This document shows, in pieces, positions 18,585 to 28,793 of a stretch of DNA of 64,000 nt. The position numbers and the translations under genes were made by a program. Below the pieces are notes generated by a model that was not told the DNA's origin, did no database searches, and saw nothing but the letters and a program-made list of their open reading frames with translations. This DNA is from Bdellovibrionales bacterium. Lineage in GTDB: Bacteria > Bdellovibrionota > Bdellovibrionia > Bdellovibrionales > JAUICD01. The stretch spans positions 32,001-96,000 of the forward strand of contig CBDANC010000012.1 in assembly GCA_965197425.1 (NCBI GenBank), given 5' to 3'. The stretch's first letter is position 1; the number at the start of each line of letters is the position of its first letter.

Positions 18585-19160
18585 TTACAGATTTGACTCC
18601 ACAAATTTCCAGTTAACAAGACCCCAAAACGCGTCTATGTATTTGGGCCTGGCATTTCTATAATCTATATAATAGGCGTGTTCCCAAACATCACAGGTAA
18701 GAAGTGGAATGTCATCTCCTGTAATTGGTGTTTTTGCATCAGGAGTGGAAGTCACTTTGAGTTTTCCTTTATTATCTTTAACAAGCCAAGCCCAGCCTGA
18801 GCCAAAAGCAGTAGCGGCGGTCTTTGTAAATAAAGTTTTGAACTCATCAAAAGAACCAAAGTCTGTTTTGATTTTTTCTAAAAGGTCACCTTTAGGTTCC
18901 TTTCCTCCATCAGGACTTAAGCAATTCCAATAAAAAGTATGATTCCAAACTTGAGCTGCGTTATTAAATATCCCACCATCAGATGAACGAATAATATCTA
19001 CAATTTGTTTGTCATCATCAGGGGTATCCTTTATGGCAGCATTAAGCTTATCGACATATGCTTTGTGATGTTTTCCATAGTGATATCCTATGGTCTCCTC
19101 TGAAATATAAGGACTAAGACTTCCAGGATCAAATGGTAAATCTGGTAATGTTACAGACAT
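18585..19160 (-). CDS. sodB: Fe/Mn superoxide dismutase (Fe-type signature)
   Basis: HYGKHH, NNAAQVWNHTFYW, FGSGWAWL, DVWEHAYY. Confidence 0.93.
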   Translation of the reverse strand: MSVTLPDLPFDPGSLSPYISEETIGYHYGKHHKAYVDKLNAAIKDTPDDDKQIVDIIRSSDGGIFNNAAQVWNHTFYWNCLSPDGGKEPKGDLLEKIKTDFGSFDEFKTLFTKTAATAFGSGWAWLVKDNKGKLKVTSTPDAKTPITGDDIPLLTCDVWEHAYYIDYRNARPKYIDAFWGLVNWKFVESNL

Positions 19161-19178
19161 TTTAACCTCCTTAAAATG

Positions 19179-19463
19179 CTAATAATCAGGCCCCTCAGGC
19201 CCCCATGTGTTACAAGACTCGGTATTGAATACCAGAGGCGATGACTCTAATACAGATTTAAATAAAAATCGTATATCAGACCATGCTTCTTTTTTAATCA
19301 TATCTATGGGTACTCTTACTACAAATCTTCCCTTTGTAAATAGCAAAATATTATTATCCACCATAATTTCTAAATTATAATCCTTAAGATTCAGGCTATC
19401 TATCACCCTCTGGGCCATTTCAACCTGAATATCGTTTAATTTTTTGTCTACTACTATGCCCAT
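19179..19463 (-). CDS. Hypothetical protein
   Basis: 94-aa ORF co-oriented upstream of sod. Confidence 0.6.
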   Translation of the reverse strand: MGIVVDKKLNDIQVEMAQRVIDSLNLKDYNLEIMVDNNILLFTKGRFVVRVPIDMIKKEAWSDIRFLFKSVLESSPLVFNTESCNTWGPEGPDY

Positions 19464-19509
19464 AAAACCCTAGATTTGATAACACCTGTAGACCAAATTA
19501 GCAATACCA

Positions 19510-19690
19510 AAGGTCTTCCAACGAGGCCAATAAAGTGAACTTGTTTGCTTTTTGATTGAGGATGAGCCTAATGAGGCAAACAAGGGAAGCTTTGCTTTCC
19601 TTGGTTCAATTGGCTCACGGGATAAACCTTTATATTATCCAATTGAAATAACCTCCCTGACGGTCGGTTTTTGTTTAATGGCTGTTTCAG
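19510..19690 (+). repeat. Modular hairpin elements (two units)
   Basis: AAGGTCTTCCAACGAGGCCAA..., then GATGAGCCTAATGAGGC carrying the CAATTGG...CCAATTG cassette. Confidence 0.88.
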
Positions 19691-19760
19691 CTAAGGCATT
19701 GCCCTTTTAAGCTTTCTAGCGTACAATTCGTCTTATAAAAGAACATAAAAAAGGCTACTT

Positions 19761-19931
19761 ATGAAAATACTAGATTTTTTGTTTGGCAAAAAACCCAAAA
19801 TAACCTTTAAACCTGACGGCACAGTTGTACACAAACATAAAAAGGAATATTGGGAAAAATGGAACAACAGATTTCACACACCAGAATATGACTGGAGAAA
19901 CCACTCTGGTCTTAAGAAAATACCAAAGTAA
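19761..19931 (+). CDS. 56-aa hypothetical protein (missing from the ORF track)
   Basis: MKILDFLFGKKPKITFKPDGTVVHKHKKEYWEKWNNRFHTPEYDWRNHSGLKKIPK; AAGG RBS; sits between repeat loci. Confidence 0.7.
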   Translation: MKILDFLFGKKPKITFKPDGTVVHKHKKEYWEKWNNRFHTPEYDWRNHSGLKKIPK

Positions 19932-19937
19932 TACTTA

Positions 19938-20122
19938 AAGGTGAGCCTAATGAGGCTAATAAGATGGATTGGTGAGACATAGCACGAAGTGCAAGTGAAA
20001 CCAAAACATCTTTTAGCCAAATGGCTCTTTCGAAAACAGATCTCCGTAAACCTCATGTTTTGTCGATAAACCAGAGGTAGAAATAATATCATGTTTCCCG
20101 CGTCTTTCTCACGACCGATCCC
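19938..20122 (+). repeat. Modular hairpin element (GAGCC-type) with an extra tail module
   Basis: AAGGTGAGCCTAATGA-GGCTAA...TTAGCC-AAATGGCTC. The tail TGTTTTGTCGATA...AGAGGTAGAAA is homologous to the reverse complement of about 36510-36590. Confidence 0.85.
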
Positions 20123-20129
20123 GTTTCAC

Positions 20130-20290
20130 AAGGTCTTCCTAACAAGGATAAAAACAAGTGGACTTGTTTACATCAAGGTCTTCTAAGCTAGGACAATAAG
20201 GTGAACTTGTTTGCCTTTTGGCCTAGCGGGTTGCCCAGCTTTGTAGGTTTAATACAACTCCAGTTAGTTTCACTGAATGGTTGCCCAGCT
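20130..20290 (+). repeat. Nested hairpin-element pair; inverted copy of 16244-16384
   Basis: 20130-20270 versus the reverse complement of 16244-16384: 5 mismatches in 141 nt by eye. Confidence 0.92.
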
Positions 20291-20299
20291 TAACATGCC

Positions 20300-20650
20300 T
20301 CATACAACTTTGCCCGCTAACTCAGTAAGCATTCTAATAGGTCTATACCATTTAAACTGATTAATGTAGTTGACCTCAAATTTTACTTCGTTACTCTCCT
20401 CAATCTTGTTGCTTCCACACATTATTGCGTGCTTAATCCAAGCTGGAGTACGATAGCAAAGCCTAACACTACCTACATGTTTGTTATTTTTTAAAACAAG
20501 ATTTTGTGTATACACTCTGTTATCACTAAGAGTAATATTGACCACTAATCTTTCAGTTGGATGAAGACTAACTCCCTCAACTTCTAACTCAACTACTATG
20601 GATTCTCCCTTAAATTTGGTTGAGTCTATAAATAACGGATTGTTTTTCAC
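20300..20650 (-). CDS. Hypothetical protein downstream of ParA
   Basis: 116-aa ORF whose start overlaps the ParA stop. Confidence 0.6.
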   Translation of the reverse strand: MKNNPLFIDSTKFKGESIVVELEVEGVSLHPTERLVVNITLSDNRVYTQNLVLKNNKHVGSVRLCYRTPAWIKHAIMCGSNKIEESNEVKFEVNYINQFKWYRPIRMLTELAGKVV

Positions 20651-21390
20651 TTAATCAATTCCTCAGAAAGCTCATTGTAAGCTTTGGCAGCTTTGTTGGA
20701 TGGTGAGTAGTCTATAATGGGTAAATGTGCATGGTGGGCTTCCTCCACAGCAATAGCATCTGGAATGTAATCTTCAAATATTTTTATACCATAACTGTCT
20801 CTTATTTGAGAAATCACTTGAGTTGCAATCTTCCTGCGTTTATATCTGGTAATTACAATTCCCTTAACATCAATCTTGTGACCAAGCCCTGTCTTTAAGT
20901 TGTTGATAGTCTGTAAGATTAAATCAATTCCCTTAGCAGAAAAGTATTCAGGACAAATTGGAATAATAATCTCTTTAGATGCCATCAAGGCATTGACTGT
21001 TATTAAACCAAGACTCGGAGGACAATCTATTATAATAGCGTCATAACGCCTCTTTATTGGATCCAACTTTTTTTTCAAAAGTCTCTCCCTTCCAAAATGA
21101 GTTGCAATTTGAATGTCCAAGCCAGATAACATAATTTCAGAGGGAATCACATCAAACCCAAATTTTTCAGACTTCACAATGGCCTGATCAACCGATAGCT
21201 TGTTAACTAAGACATCATAGATAGTATGATCAAACTCCTGATCACCGAACACAGCTTTAGTTGCAGAAGACTGAGGGTCTAAGTCAATCATCAATACTTT
21301 TAAGTTTTTCTTAGCCCAAACCGCAGCGACATTAACAGTAGTAGTGGTCTTAGCCACACCACCTTTTTGATTTATAACCGAAAAAATCAT
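20647..21390 (-). CDS. ParA/Soj-family ATPase (no adjacent ParB)
   Basis: NQKGGVAKTTT deviant Walker A, IDLDPQ, IIIDCPPSLG. Confidence 0.93.
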   Translation of the reverse strand: MIFSVINQKGGVAKTTTTVNVAAVWAKKNLKVLMIDLDPQSSATKAVFGDQEFDHTIYDVLVNKLSVDQAIVKSEKFGFDVIPSEIMLSGLDIQIATHFGRERLLKKKLDPIKRRYDAIIIDCPPSLGLITVNALMASKEIIIPICPEYFSAKGIDLILQTINNLKTGLGHKIDVKGIVITRYKRRKIATQVISQIRDSYGIKIFEDYIPDAIAVEEAHHAHLPIIDYSPSNKAAKAYNELSEELIK

Positions 21391-21637
21391 ATACCACCCA
21401 CAAAACAATTACAGTCAAAGTTACAGGCCCTAAGACCTAGCCTGAGCTTTGCAGTAAACAAGCCCAAATTAATCAACCCGGTCTGTAACTTATTTTAAAA
21501 CAGCTATAAATGTTATTCTATATAAATCGATACAGCAATATTTAACGCTACCATGCTGTACCCATATGCAGTAAACCTACCCTCTAGTCTTGAAATTATA
21601 AAAAAAGATAAGTTGTATAAAATCTTAATTATAGTGA

Positions 21638-21884
21638 AAGGTCTTCCTAGCGAGGTCAACAAGATGGATTGGTGAAACACAACACGAAGTGCAAGTGAAA
21701 CCAAAACATCTTTTGACCGAGTGGATGCCCAGTTCAAAGATAAGCCTAACGAGACCAAATAAATGGACTGGTGCAACGAGTGTACAAAGTACAAGTGAAA
21801 CCAGAACATTTTTTGGCCAAGTGGCTCCTTCCCGGTGGACCTCACAGCCAATACCCTACCACTACACATGTCATCAAACTCATC
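21638..21884 (+). repeat. Modular hairpin elements (two tandem units)
   Basis: AAGGTCTTCCTAGCGA-GGTCAA...TTGACC-GAGTGGATGCCCAG, then AAGATAAGCCTAACGAGACC...GGCCAAGTGGCTC. Confidence 0.88.
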
Positions 21885-21901
21885 CCATATGTTATATACT
21901 T

Positions 21902-22726
21902 CTATTCACCTTTTTTTCTAACAGACTCTACAATTTTATAAATTTCCGAAGTGCTTAGCTTGCTTTTTTGTCTTAACTCTTTTGCTAATATTTTAGTTGA
22001 CCTGTTATCTTCCAAGGCTATTTGTTTTATTTGGGATAAATCAATAATACTACTGGGCTTTGAATAAATTAATACAAACTCACCTTTGATAGCTTTGTTT
22101 TCAAAATGAAGTATAATTTCACTTACAGTACCTACAATTTTTTCTTCGTACTGTTTGGTAAGTTCTCTTGCTACAAAAAGTTTTCTATTACTAAAATATT
22201 TTTTAGCTGAGTTTAAATGTTTCAAAAGCCTATGAGGAGCTTCAAATGCAACAATTAAACTAGGTAGCATTTTTATGCTTTCAAAAAATTTATTCCTTTT
22301 AGCATCCTGATTTGGAGCAAAGCCGGTAAAATAAAAATCCTCTACTAGAAAAGGGCATACAGATAAAGCAGCAGTAATGCTAGATGGACCAGGACACACT
22401 TTAACAGGAATGCCTTCGTTGTAACACAAGCTTACTATCTTAAATCCAGGATCACTAATCATAGGAGTTCCAGCATCAGATACCAACGCAACTGACTGAC
22501 CATCCTTTAATGCCTTTAGAATAATATTAGCTTTTTTAATTTCATTATCCTTGTAATATGAAATTAATTTCTTATACTTGATACCAATACTGTTGGAAAA
22601 AGCTTTAAATATTCTAGTATCTTCAGCAGCTACAATATCTGCATTTTTCAGTGTTTCTGTTGCATTTGTAGTAATATCTGACTTGTTTCCTATGGGGAGA
22701 GATATCAAATACAGGGCGCATTTCAT
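21902..22726 (-). CDS. rsmI: 16S rRNA C1402 2'-O-methyltransferase
   Basis: LPIGN, AAEDTR, VSDAGTPMISDPG, FEAPHRL, ARELTK. Confidence 0.95.
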   Translation of the reverse strand: MKCALYLISLPIGNKSDITTNATETLKNADIVAAEDTRIFKAFSNSIGIKYKKLISYYKDNEIKKANIILKALKDGQSVALVSDAGTPMISDPGFKIVSLCYNEGIPVKVCPGPSSITAALSVCPFLVEDFYFTGFAPNQDAKRNKFFESIKMLPSLIVAFEAPHRLLKHLNSAKKYFSNRKLFVARELTKQYEEKIVGTVSEIILHFENKAIKGEFVLIYSKPSSIIDLSQIKQIALEDNRSTKILAKELRQKSKLSTSEIYKIVESVRKKGE

Positions 22727-22785
22727 AGGTCCAGGTTTGTATCAAAGGCTAGAGTGATTATGCAATATGTATTAGGATTATAGTT

Positions 22786-23082
22786 ATGAAAATTGACATT
22801 AATACAAACTCTGATGCTGTAGTAATGTCGTTTGCTGGCTTTTTAGATTTTGAGTCTGTGGGCCAGTTCTCAGAGGCGATGAGCAGGCTTGAGCTTAGCA
22901 AAAAACTAGTGTTTGATTTTAGAGACCTAGAATTCGTAGGCTCTTCTGGAATAACAAGCTTCATTGATACAATAGACAAATTTTATCAAAAACATGAAGG
23001 GCAAATTAGACTTGCCGGAGTAGGCAGCGACTTTAAAAAAATTATCGAACGATACGACTGTTCCAGATCTATTGAAGAATAA
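22786..23082 (+). CDS. STAS-domain protein (anti-sigma-factor antagonist-like)
   Basis: LVFDFRDLEFVGSSGI motif. Confidence 0.85.
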   Translation: MKIDINTNSDAVVMSFAGFLDFESVGQFSEAMSRLELSKKLVFDFRDLEFVGSSGITSFIDTIDKFYQKHEGQIRLAGVGSDFKKIIERYDCSRSIEE

Positions 23083-23160
23083 TATGTCTCAAAACCCAAC
23101 ACTGATTGAATCAAGCCAATAAATCGGCTCTACTGGTATATTTTGGCAGATTATCTGAGT

Positions 23161-23730
23161 TTATACGCTTTTAAGATTAAAGATGCTGTCCACAGTTTTA
23201 GTCATTTCACTTTCTGAAGTCCGTTTTGCCAAAGCCATCTCTTTTATCAAAAGATTATGTGCTTGGTCTAACATCTTTCTTTCACCAAAACTAAGCTCCT
23301 TATCGCTGGATAAGTGAAATAAACCTCTAAGCACTTTTGCTATTTCATAGATACTTCCAGTTTTGATTTTATCCATGTACCCTCTATGCCTTCTATTCCA
23401 AGTAAGCTGGACGGTGCTTTTGAGACCTGATTCTGCAGGCTTTTTTAAAAGACCCAATACATTTTCTACTTCATCGTTGCTTATAAGATGCCGTATTCCA
23501 ACTTTGTTTATATTCTGCTGAGGAACACTAATAATCATACCCCCATCCAAAATCTTAAGTGAGTAAAACTGATTGGGCTCGCCCATTATCTCTTTTGTCT
23601 CTATAGAACGTATCTGCCCTACCCCATGACCTGGGTAAACCACATAGTCTCCTACCTTAAAATGCAAGCTTTTGTCACATGTCATCTTCTCTAAATCCGT
23701 CATCTTTCCTAAATCCCTAGTTAATTTCAT
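23161..23730 (-). CDS. carD: CarD family transcriptional regulator
   Basis: FKVGDYVVYPGHGVG, TWNRR, LSFGERKML. The true start may be a downstream Met. Confidence 0.93.
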   Translation of the reverse strand: MKLTRDLGKMTDLEKMTCDKSLHFKVGDYVVYPGHGVGQIRSIETKEIMGEPNQFYSLKILDGGMIISVPQQNINKVGIRHLISNDEVENVLGLLKKPAESGLKSTVQLTWNRRHRGYMDKIKTGSIYEIAKVLRGLFHLSSDKELSFGERKMLDQAHNLLIKEMALAKRTSESEMTKTVDSIFNLKSV

Positions 23731-23958
23731 TAAGATCCCCTAAACATACCTCTAACAACACACCTTTGGTCAATATCCCACTTCTAAAAACAAGCCTATT
23801 TTCAGTAAGGTATTGATATAATCTAAAGCAAAGTTTTATAACCAACCTCTCTAGTGTACCATTATATGTTGGGTTGATCAAACGATCTGACCGTGATAGT
23901 CTCTGCTGCAAGCTTATTTTATTCACTGTAAGAAGATATTACAAAGGGAAATTCAGCC

Positions 23959-25350
23959 TTGACACACCCTAAAGATCCACCTGTTTCTAGGGTAAGATTT
24001 GCTCCAAGTCCTACAGGCAGCTTACACATTGGCGGGGCCAGAACGGCGCTGTTTTGTAAGCTCTTTTCCAAAAAGACCAATGGGACATTTATTTTAAGAG
24101 TTGAAGATACAGATTTGGAGCGCTCCAGCAAAAAATTCCTCAAAACGCAGATTCAAGACTTAAAATGGCTTGGGATTGACTGGGATGAAGGCCCTTTTAT
24201 GCAAAGTGAAAGGCTAGAAATATACAAAAAATATGCTCAAACCTTACTCTTACAAAAAAAAGCTTTTTACTGTTTTTGTAAAGCAGATTTAAAACCAAAT
24301 TGCGACAAAATATGCCTTAACCTTACCGAAACTCAAATTGCAGAACAGATTAAAACCAACTTCCCTACTATAAGATTTAAAAATTCAATCAAAAAAACAT
24401 ATATACTAAACGATCTCATAAGAAAAAAAGTAAGCCTTCCTTGGAACATGGTAGGTCATTTTGTACTAGTTAGATCAAATGGCTTGCCGGTCTATAATTT
24501 TGCATGTGTCATAGATGATTATTTGATGAACATTACACATGTTTTGAGATCTGAAGAACATCTTTCAAATACCCTGAGGCAATTAATGCTCTATGAAGCC
24601 TTTGAATGGGAAAAACCCAAGTTTGCACATTTATCCATGATACTAGATAAAGACAAAAAAAAATTAAGCAAAAGATCCGGTGCCTGTGCCTGTGGGGAGT
24701 ATAAAGAGCAAGGTTTTTTGCCCGAGGCTTTAGTAAACTATTTGGCCCTTTTAGGGTGGAGTCACCCAGAAGAAAAAGACATATTCGACATAAAAGAAGT
24801 TATTGACAATTTTTATTTAGAAAAATTGACTCCAAGCCCAGCAGTATTTGATGAAAATAAGCTTAGATGGATTAACTCCAAATATTTAAGGAAAATGGAC
24901 AAAGAAAAACTAGTCTTACTTTTAAAAGACTCCATACATCTAAAAGAGGCAGATATCATAAAACCACTAGATATCTTTCTAAACTATTCTGAAACTTTAA
25001 ATGACTTAAAAGATATGTATAATTTGCTAGATGACAAAAAGTTCAAACTAACCAAAGAAGCCAACGAAACGCTTTTGTGGGAAAAATCAAAAGAAATACT
25101 AATTAACTGGAAAAATGCTATAGAAACTAAAAGCTCAATTGATGAGGAAGCTATACATCTAATCCAAAATGAGTTAAAAAAGAAGCTTTCAGTTAAAGGT
25201 AAGGAGCTGTTTATGCCTATTAGAGTTGCTGTTTTAGGAAAAGCCAGTGGTATAGAACTTAAAAAAATTGCCCCTATACTAAGTAAAAAGTCCTTACTTT
25301 TTAGAGCAAATTTTTGTATTGAAAGCATACAAAATACCAAACATCCATAG
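23959..25350 (+). CDS. gltX: Glutamate--tRNA ligase
   Basis: RFAPSPTGSLHIGGART, LRVEDTD, KLSKR. Confidence 0.96.
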   Translation: MTHPKDPPVSRVRFAPSPTGSLHIGGARTALFCKLFSKKTNGTFILRVEDTDLERSSKKFLKTQIQDLKWLGIDWDEGPFMQSERLEIYKKYAQTLLLQKKAFYCFCKADLKPNCDKICLNLTETQIAEQIKTNFPTIRFKNSIKKTYILNDLIRKKVSLPWNMVGHFVLVRSNGLPVYNFACVIDDYLMNITHVLRSEEHLSNTLRQLMLYEAFEWEKPKFAHLSMILDKDKKKLSKRSGACACGEYKEQGFLPEALVNYLALLGWSHPEEKDIFDIKEVIDNFYLEKLTPSPAVFDENKLRWINSKYLRKMDKEKLVLLLKDSIHLKEADIIKPLDIFLNYSETLNDLKDMYNLLDDKKFKLTKEANETLLWEKSKEILINWKNAIETKSSIDEEAIHLIQNELKKKLSVKGKELFMPIRVAVLGKASGIELKKIAPILSKKSLLFRANFCIESIQNTKHP

Positions 25351-25359
25351 TAAGATCCT

Positions 25360-26823
25360 ATGCTAAAAATATACAACACAAAATCTAGAACAAAAGAAAC
25401 TTTCCAGAGCATAAACCCAAAAGAGGTTAATATATATGTCTGTGGACCTACAGTGTACGATCTACTACATATAGGAAACTTTAGAGGAGCTATCTTTTTT
25501 AATCTTGTTAGAAATCACTTAGAAAACCTAGATTATGAAGTAAAATACATTTATAACTACACAGACATAGAAGATAAAATAATAAAAAAAGCCTTAGAAA
25601 AAAATGCAAACACACAAGATATATCACATCACTACATTAAAGAATTCGAACAAGATTATAAAACTCTTAAAATAAGAAAACCAACCCATACGCCAAGAGC
25701 CACATCTTATATTAAAGAAATGATTGATCTCATAGAGAAGCTTATTAAAAATAAAAAAGCTTATGTAACCAACACAGGAGATGTGTTGTATTCAGTATCA
25801 GACTTTAAAAACTACGGAAAGTTATCAGGAAAAGATCTAAAAACACTAGAAGAAGGTCATAGAGATATTGATGTCAGAGTGCAGAAAAAAAATCCTTTAG
25901 ATTTTGTGCTATGGAAAATGGCCAAGAAAGACGAGCCTTTTTGGGAATCTCCTTGGGGAAACGGTAGACCTGGTTGGCATATTGAGTGTTCGGTTATGAG
26001 TACTGAAATGCTGCCATCAGGAATTGATATACACGGAGGAGGAATTGATTTAATTTTTCCTCATCATGAAAATGAAATAGCTCAAAGTGAAGGCGGATAT
26101 AAAAAACAATTTGTAAAATACTGGATGCATAATAACTTTATTAGCTTCAAATCAGAAAAAATGAGCAAATCTCTAGGAAATATAATTCTCGCTAGAACTT
26201 TTATGGAAAAATACGACGCTGAAGTTTTCAAATATATTATTCTTTCTTCACACTATAGATCTCATAGTAGCCTTTCAACTTCTCAAATACAAAATGCAAT
26301 AGCAGCACTTGCCAGAATTTATTCCAGCTTGGCTATTGCAGAAAAAATACTGTCTAAAAAAATAGATCTAGAAAACACTAACAACAAATTCTCTAAAATA
26401 ATAGAAACTGAAAACAAAAAAGCTTTAGATGCATTAAATGACGACTTTAATACACCATTATATTTTTCCTCTATATTTAATGTGGTAAGAGAATTTAATA
26501 AATATTATAAGATAGGCCAAAAGGTAACACCCGAATTAGCATCTATAGCCAATTTATTTTATACATTTATAAAATGTAAATCGAAAACCCTAAACTTGCT
26601 AGAACAAACACCAGCAGAGTCATTTTTAAAAAAATTAGATGATTTATTGTTAGATGCTAAAAATATAAAAAGAGAAGAAATAGATAAATTGGTAAACGAA
26701 AGAACACAGACTAGAAAAAACAAAGACTACAAAAAAAGTGATTTGTTAAGAAAAAATTTGATGGGCTTAGGAATTGAGTTACATGATACAAAGGATGAAA
26801 CATTTTGGGAAGTGAAAAAGTAA
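25360..26823 (+). CDS. cysS: Cysteine--tRNA ligase
   Basis: CGPTVY, HIGN, GRPGWHIECS, HGGGIDLIFPHHENE, KMSKS. Confidence 0.98.
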   Translation: MLKIYNTKSRTKETFQSINPKEVNIYVCGPTVYDLLHIGNFRGAIFFNLVRNHLENLDYEVKYIYNYTDIEDKIIKKALEKNANTQDISHHYIKEFEQDYKTLKIRKPTHTPRATSYIKEMIDLIEKLIKNKKAYVTNTGDVLYSVSDFKNYGKLSGKDLKTLEEGHRDIDVRVQKKNPLDFVLWKMAKKDEPFWESPWGNGRPGWHIECSVMSTEMLPSGIDIHGGGIDLIFPHHENEIAQSEGGYKKQFVKYWMHNNFISFKSEKMSKSLGNIILARTFMEKYDAEVFKYIILSSHYRSHSSLSTSQIQNAIAALARIYSSLAIAEKILSKKIDLENTNNKFSKIIETENKKALDALNDDFNTPLYFSSIFNVVREFNKYYKIGQKVTPELASIANLFYTFIKCKSKTLNLLEQTPAESFLKKLDDLLLDAKNIKREEIDKLVNERTQTRKNKDYKKSDLLRKNLMGLGIELHDTKDETFWEVKK

Positions 26824-28793
26824 AATTTGAACTTCAAACCAGCTTCAAACCATCTGGAGATCAACCTAGCAGCATTAAATCTATTACAGAAAATATAAAA
26901 AAAGGTATTAAACGACAAACTCTATTAGGAGTTACTGGATCTGGTAAAACATTTACCATGGCTCATGTGATCAAAAACTTAAAAGTCCCAACACTTATCC
27001 TAGCACATAACAAAACTCTAGCTGCCCAACTCTTTGGAGAATTTAAAGAACTTTTTCCAAATAATGCAGTTGAATACTTCGTAAGCTACTATGATTACTA
27101 TCAACCAGAAGCCTATCTACCGTCTACAGATACTTTTATAGAAAAAGACTCTGCTATAAATGATCGAATTGACAGAATGAGGCATTCTGCAACACGATCT
27201 TTATTGGATAGAAAAGATGTAATTATAGTAAGTAGTGTGTCTTGTATATATGGTTTGGGAAGCCCAGATGATTATAATAAATTAAGAATTACATTGAATG
27301 TAAATCAACACATTACAAGGGAACACCTATTAAGAGAATTAGTGAAAATACTATATAATAGAAATGACACTGATTTTAGTAGAGGCACATTTAGAGTAAG
27401 AGGTGATGTAATAGATATATATCCCCCATATGAAGAACACATGGCCTTAAGAGTTGAATTGTTTGGAAATTATATTGAAACAATATCCTGGATAGATCCC
27501 ATAAAATCAATACAATTACAAGCATGTGATAAAGTGTCTATTTATCCAGGAAGTCATCATGTACATTCAAGAGAAAGACAACAAATTGCAATCGACAGTA
27601 TAAGAGATGAACTCTGCTCACAACTTAGTCGTTTAAAAAATGATATTAGGCTGCTAGAGGCTAAAAGATTGGAGCAAAGAACAGAATATGACATGGAAAT
27701 GATCGAAGAAATGGGCTTTTGCCATGGAATTGAAAATTACTCTAGACACTTTACGGGAAAAAAACCAGGAGAACCTCCCCCTACCCTGCTAGACTATTTT
27801 CCTAAAAACTTTTTATGCATAATGGATGAAAGTCATGTAACAGTTCCACAACTAGGTGGTATGTATCGCAGTGACAGATCTAGAAAACTAACTCTGGTTG
27901 AACATGGGTTTAGACTTCCCTCAGCTTTAGATAATAGACCCTTAAATTTTGAAGAGTTAAATAAACTTTTAGATAAAGTACTTTATGTTTCAGCTACCCC
28001 TGGGGAATATGAAATCAAAGACTCAAATGGATTAATTACAGAACAAATTATAAGACCAACTGGACTTTTGGACCCTGTAGTTGAAATACAACCTGCCACT
28101 TTTCAAGTAGACCATCTATTAGAAGAAATAAAAAAAAGAGTTGCACTAAAAGAAAGAATCCTAGTAACAACCCTTACCAAAAAAAGTGCTGAAGACTTAA
28201 CAGAGTACTATGAAAAAATGGGTATTAAGGTAAAATATCTACATAGTGATATTAAAACCATTGAAAGAAGCGATATTTTAAAAAACTTACGGTTGGGAGT
28301 CTTCGACTGCCTTATTGGCATAAACCTTCTTAGAGAAGGTTTAGACTTACCTGAAGTGTCAATGGTAGCTATTTTTGATGCTGACAGGGAAGGGTTTTTA
28401 CGATCCGAAAAATCACTAATTCAAACTATAGGCAGAGCCGCAAGACATATTAATGGAAAAGTCATTTTATATGCTGATGATATGACTGGCTCAATTAAAA
28501 GTGCAGTTAGAGAAACTAATAGAAGGAGGAAAATACAAGAAGAATATAATAAAATTCACTCAATCACACCCACCGGAATAAAAAAAGAAATCCAAAGAAG
28601 TTTACAAGATCTTTATGCTAGTCCTAATATTACAAAAACAGAAGAAAAATTAAAGCCAGAGAATATCGAAAAACAGATTAAAAAATTAAAAAATCAAATG
28701 AAAAAGCTAGTAATAAACCTAGAATTTGAAGAAGCGGCTACTATTAGAGATAAAATAAAACAGTTAGAGTTTTTAGACTTAGAATTAAGATAA
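26805..28793 (+). CDS. uvrB: Excinuclease ABC subunit B
   Basis: GVTGSGKT, YYDYYQPEAY, DESH, GINLLREGLD, C-terminal UVR domain. Confidence 0.98.
   Translation: MGSEKVKFELQTSFKPSGDQPSSIKSITENIKKGIKRQTLLGVTGSGKTFTMAHVIKNLKVPTLILAHNKTLAAQLFGEFKELFPNNAVEYFVSYYDYYQPEAYLPSTDTFIEKDSAINDRIDRMRHSATRSLLDRKDVIIVSSVSCIYGLGSPDDYNKLRITLNVNQHITREHLLRELVKILYNRNDTDFSRGTFRVRGDVIDIYPPYEEHMALRVELFGNYIETISWIDPIKSIQLQACDKVSIYPGSHHVHSRERQQIAIDSIRDELCSQLSRLKNDIRLLEAKRLEQRTEYDMEMIEEMGFCHGIENYSRHFTGKKPGEPPPTLLDYFPKNFLCIMDESHVTVPQLGGMYRSDRSRKLTLVEHGFRLPSALDNRPLNFEELNKLLDKVLYVSATPGEYEIKDSNGLITEQIIRPTGLLDPVVEIQPATFQVDHLLEEIKKRVALKERILVTTLTKKSAEDLTEYYEKMGIKVKYLHSDIKTIERSDILKNLRLGVFDCLIGINLLREGLDLPEVSMVAIFDADREGFLRSEKSLIQTIGRAARHINGKVILYADDMTGSIKSAVRETNRRRKIQEEYNKIHSITPTGIKKEIQRSLQDLYASPNITKTEEKLKPENIEKQIKKLKNQMKKLVINLEFEEAATIRDKIKQLEFLDLELR

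Noticed and set aside
19938..20030. Hammerhead ribozyme (CTAATGA-stem-GAAT/AAAT)
   Set aside because: The core lacks the invariant CUGANGA and GAAA, and no third stem with an NUH site is evident.
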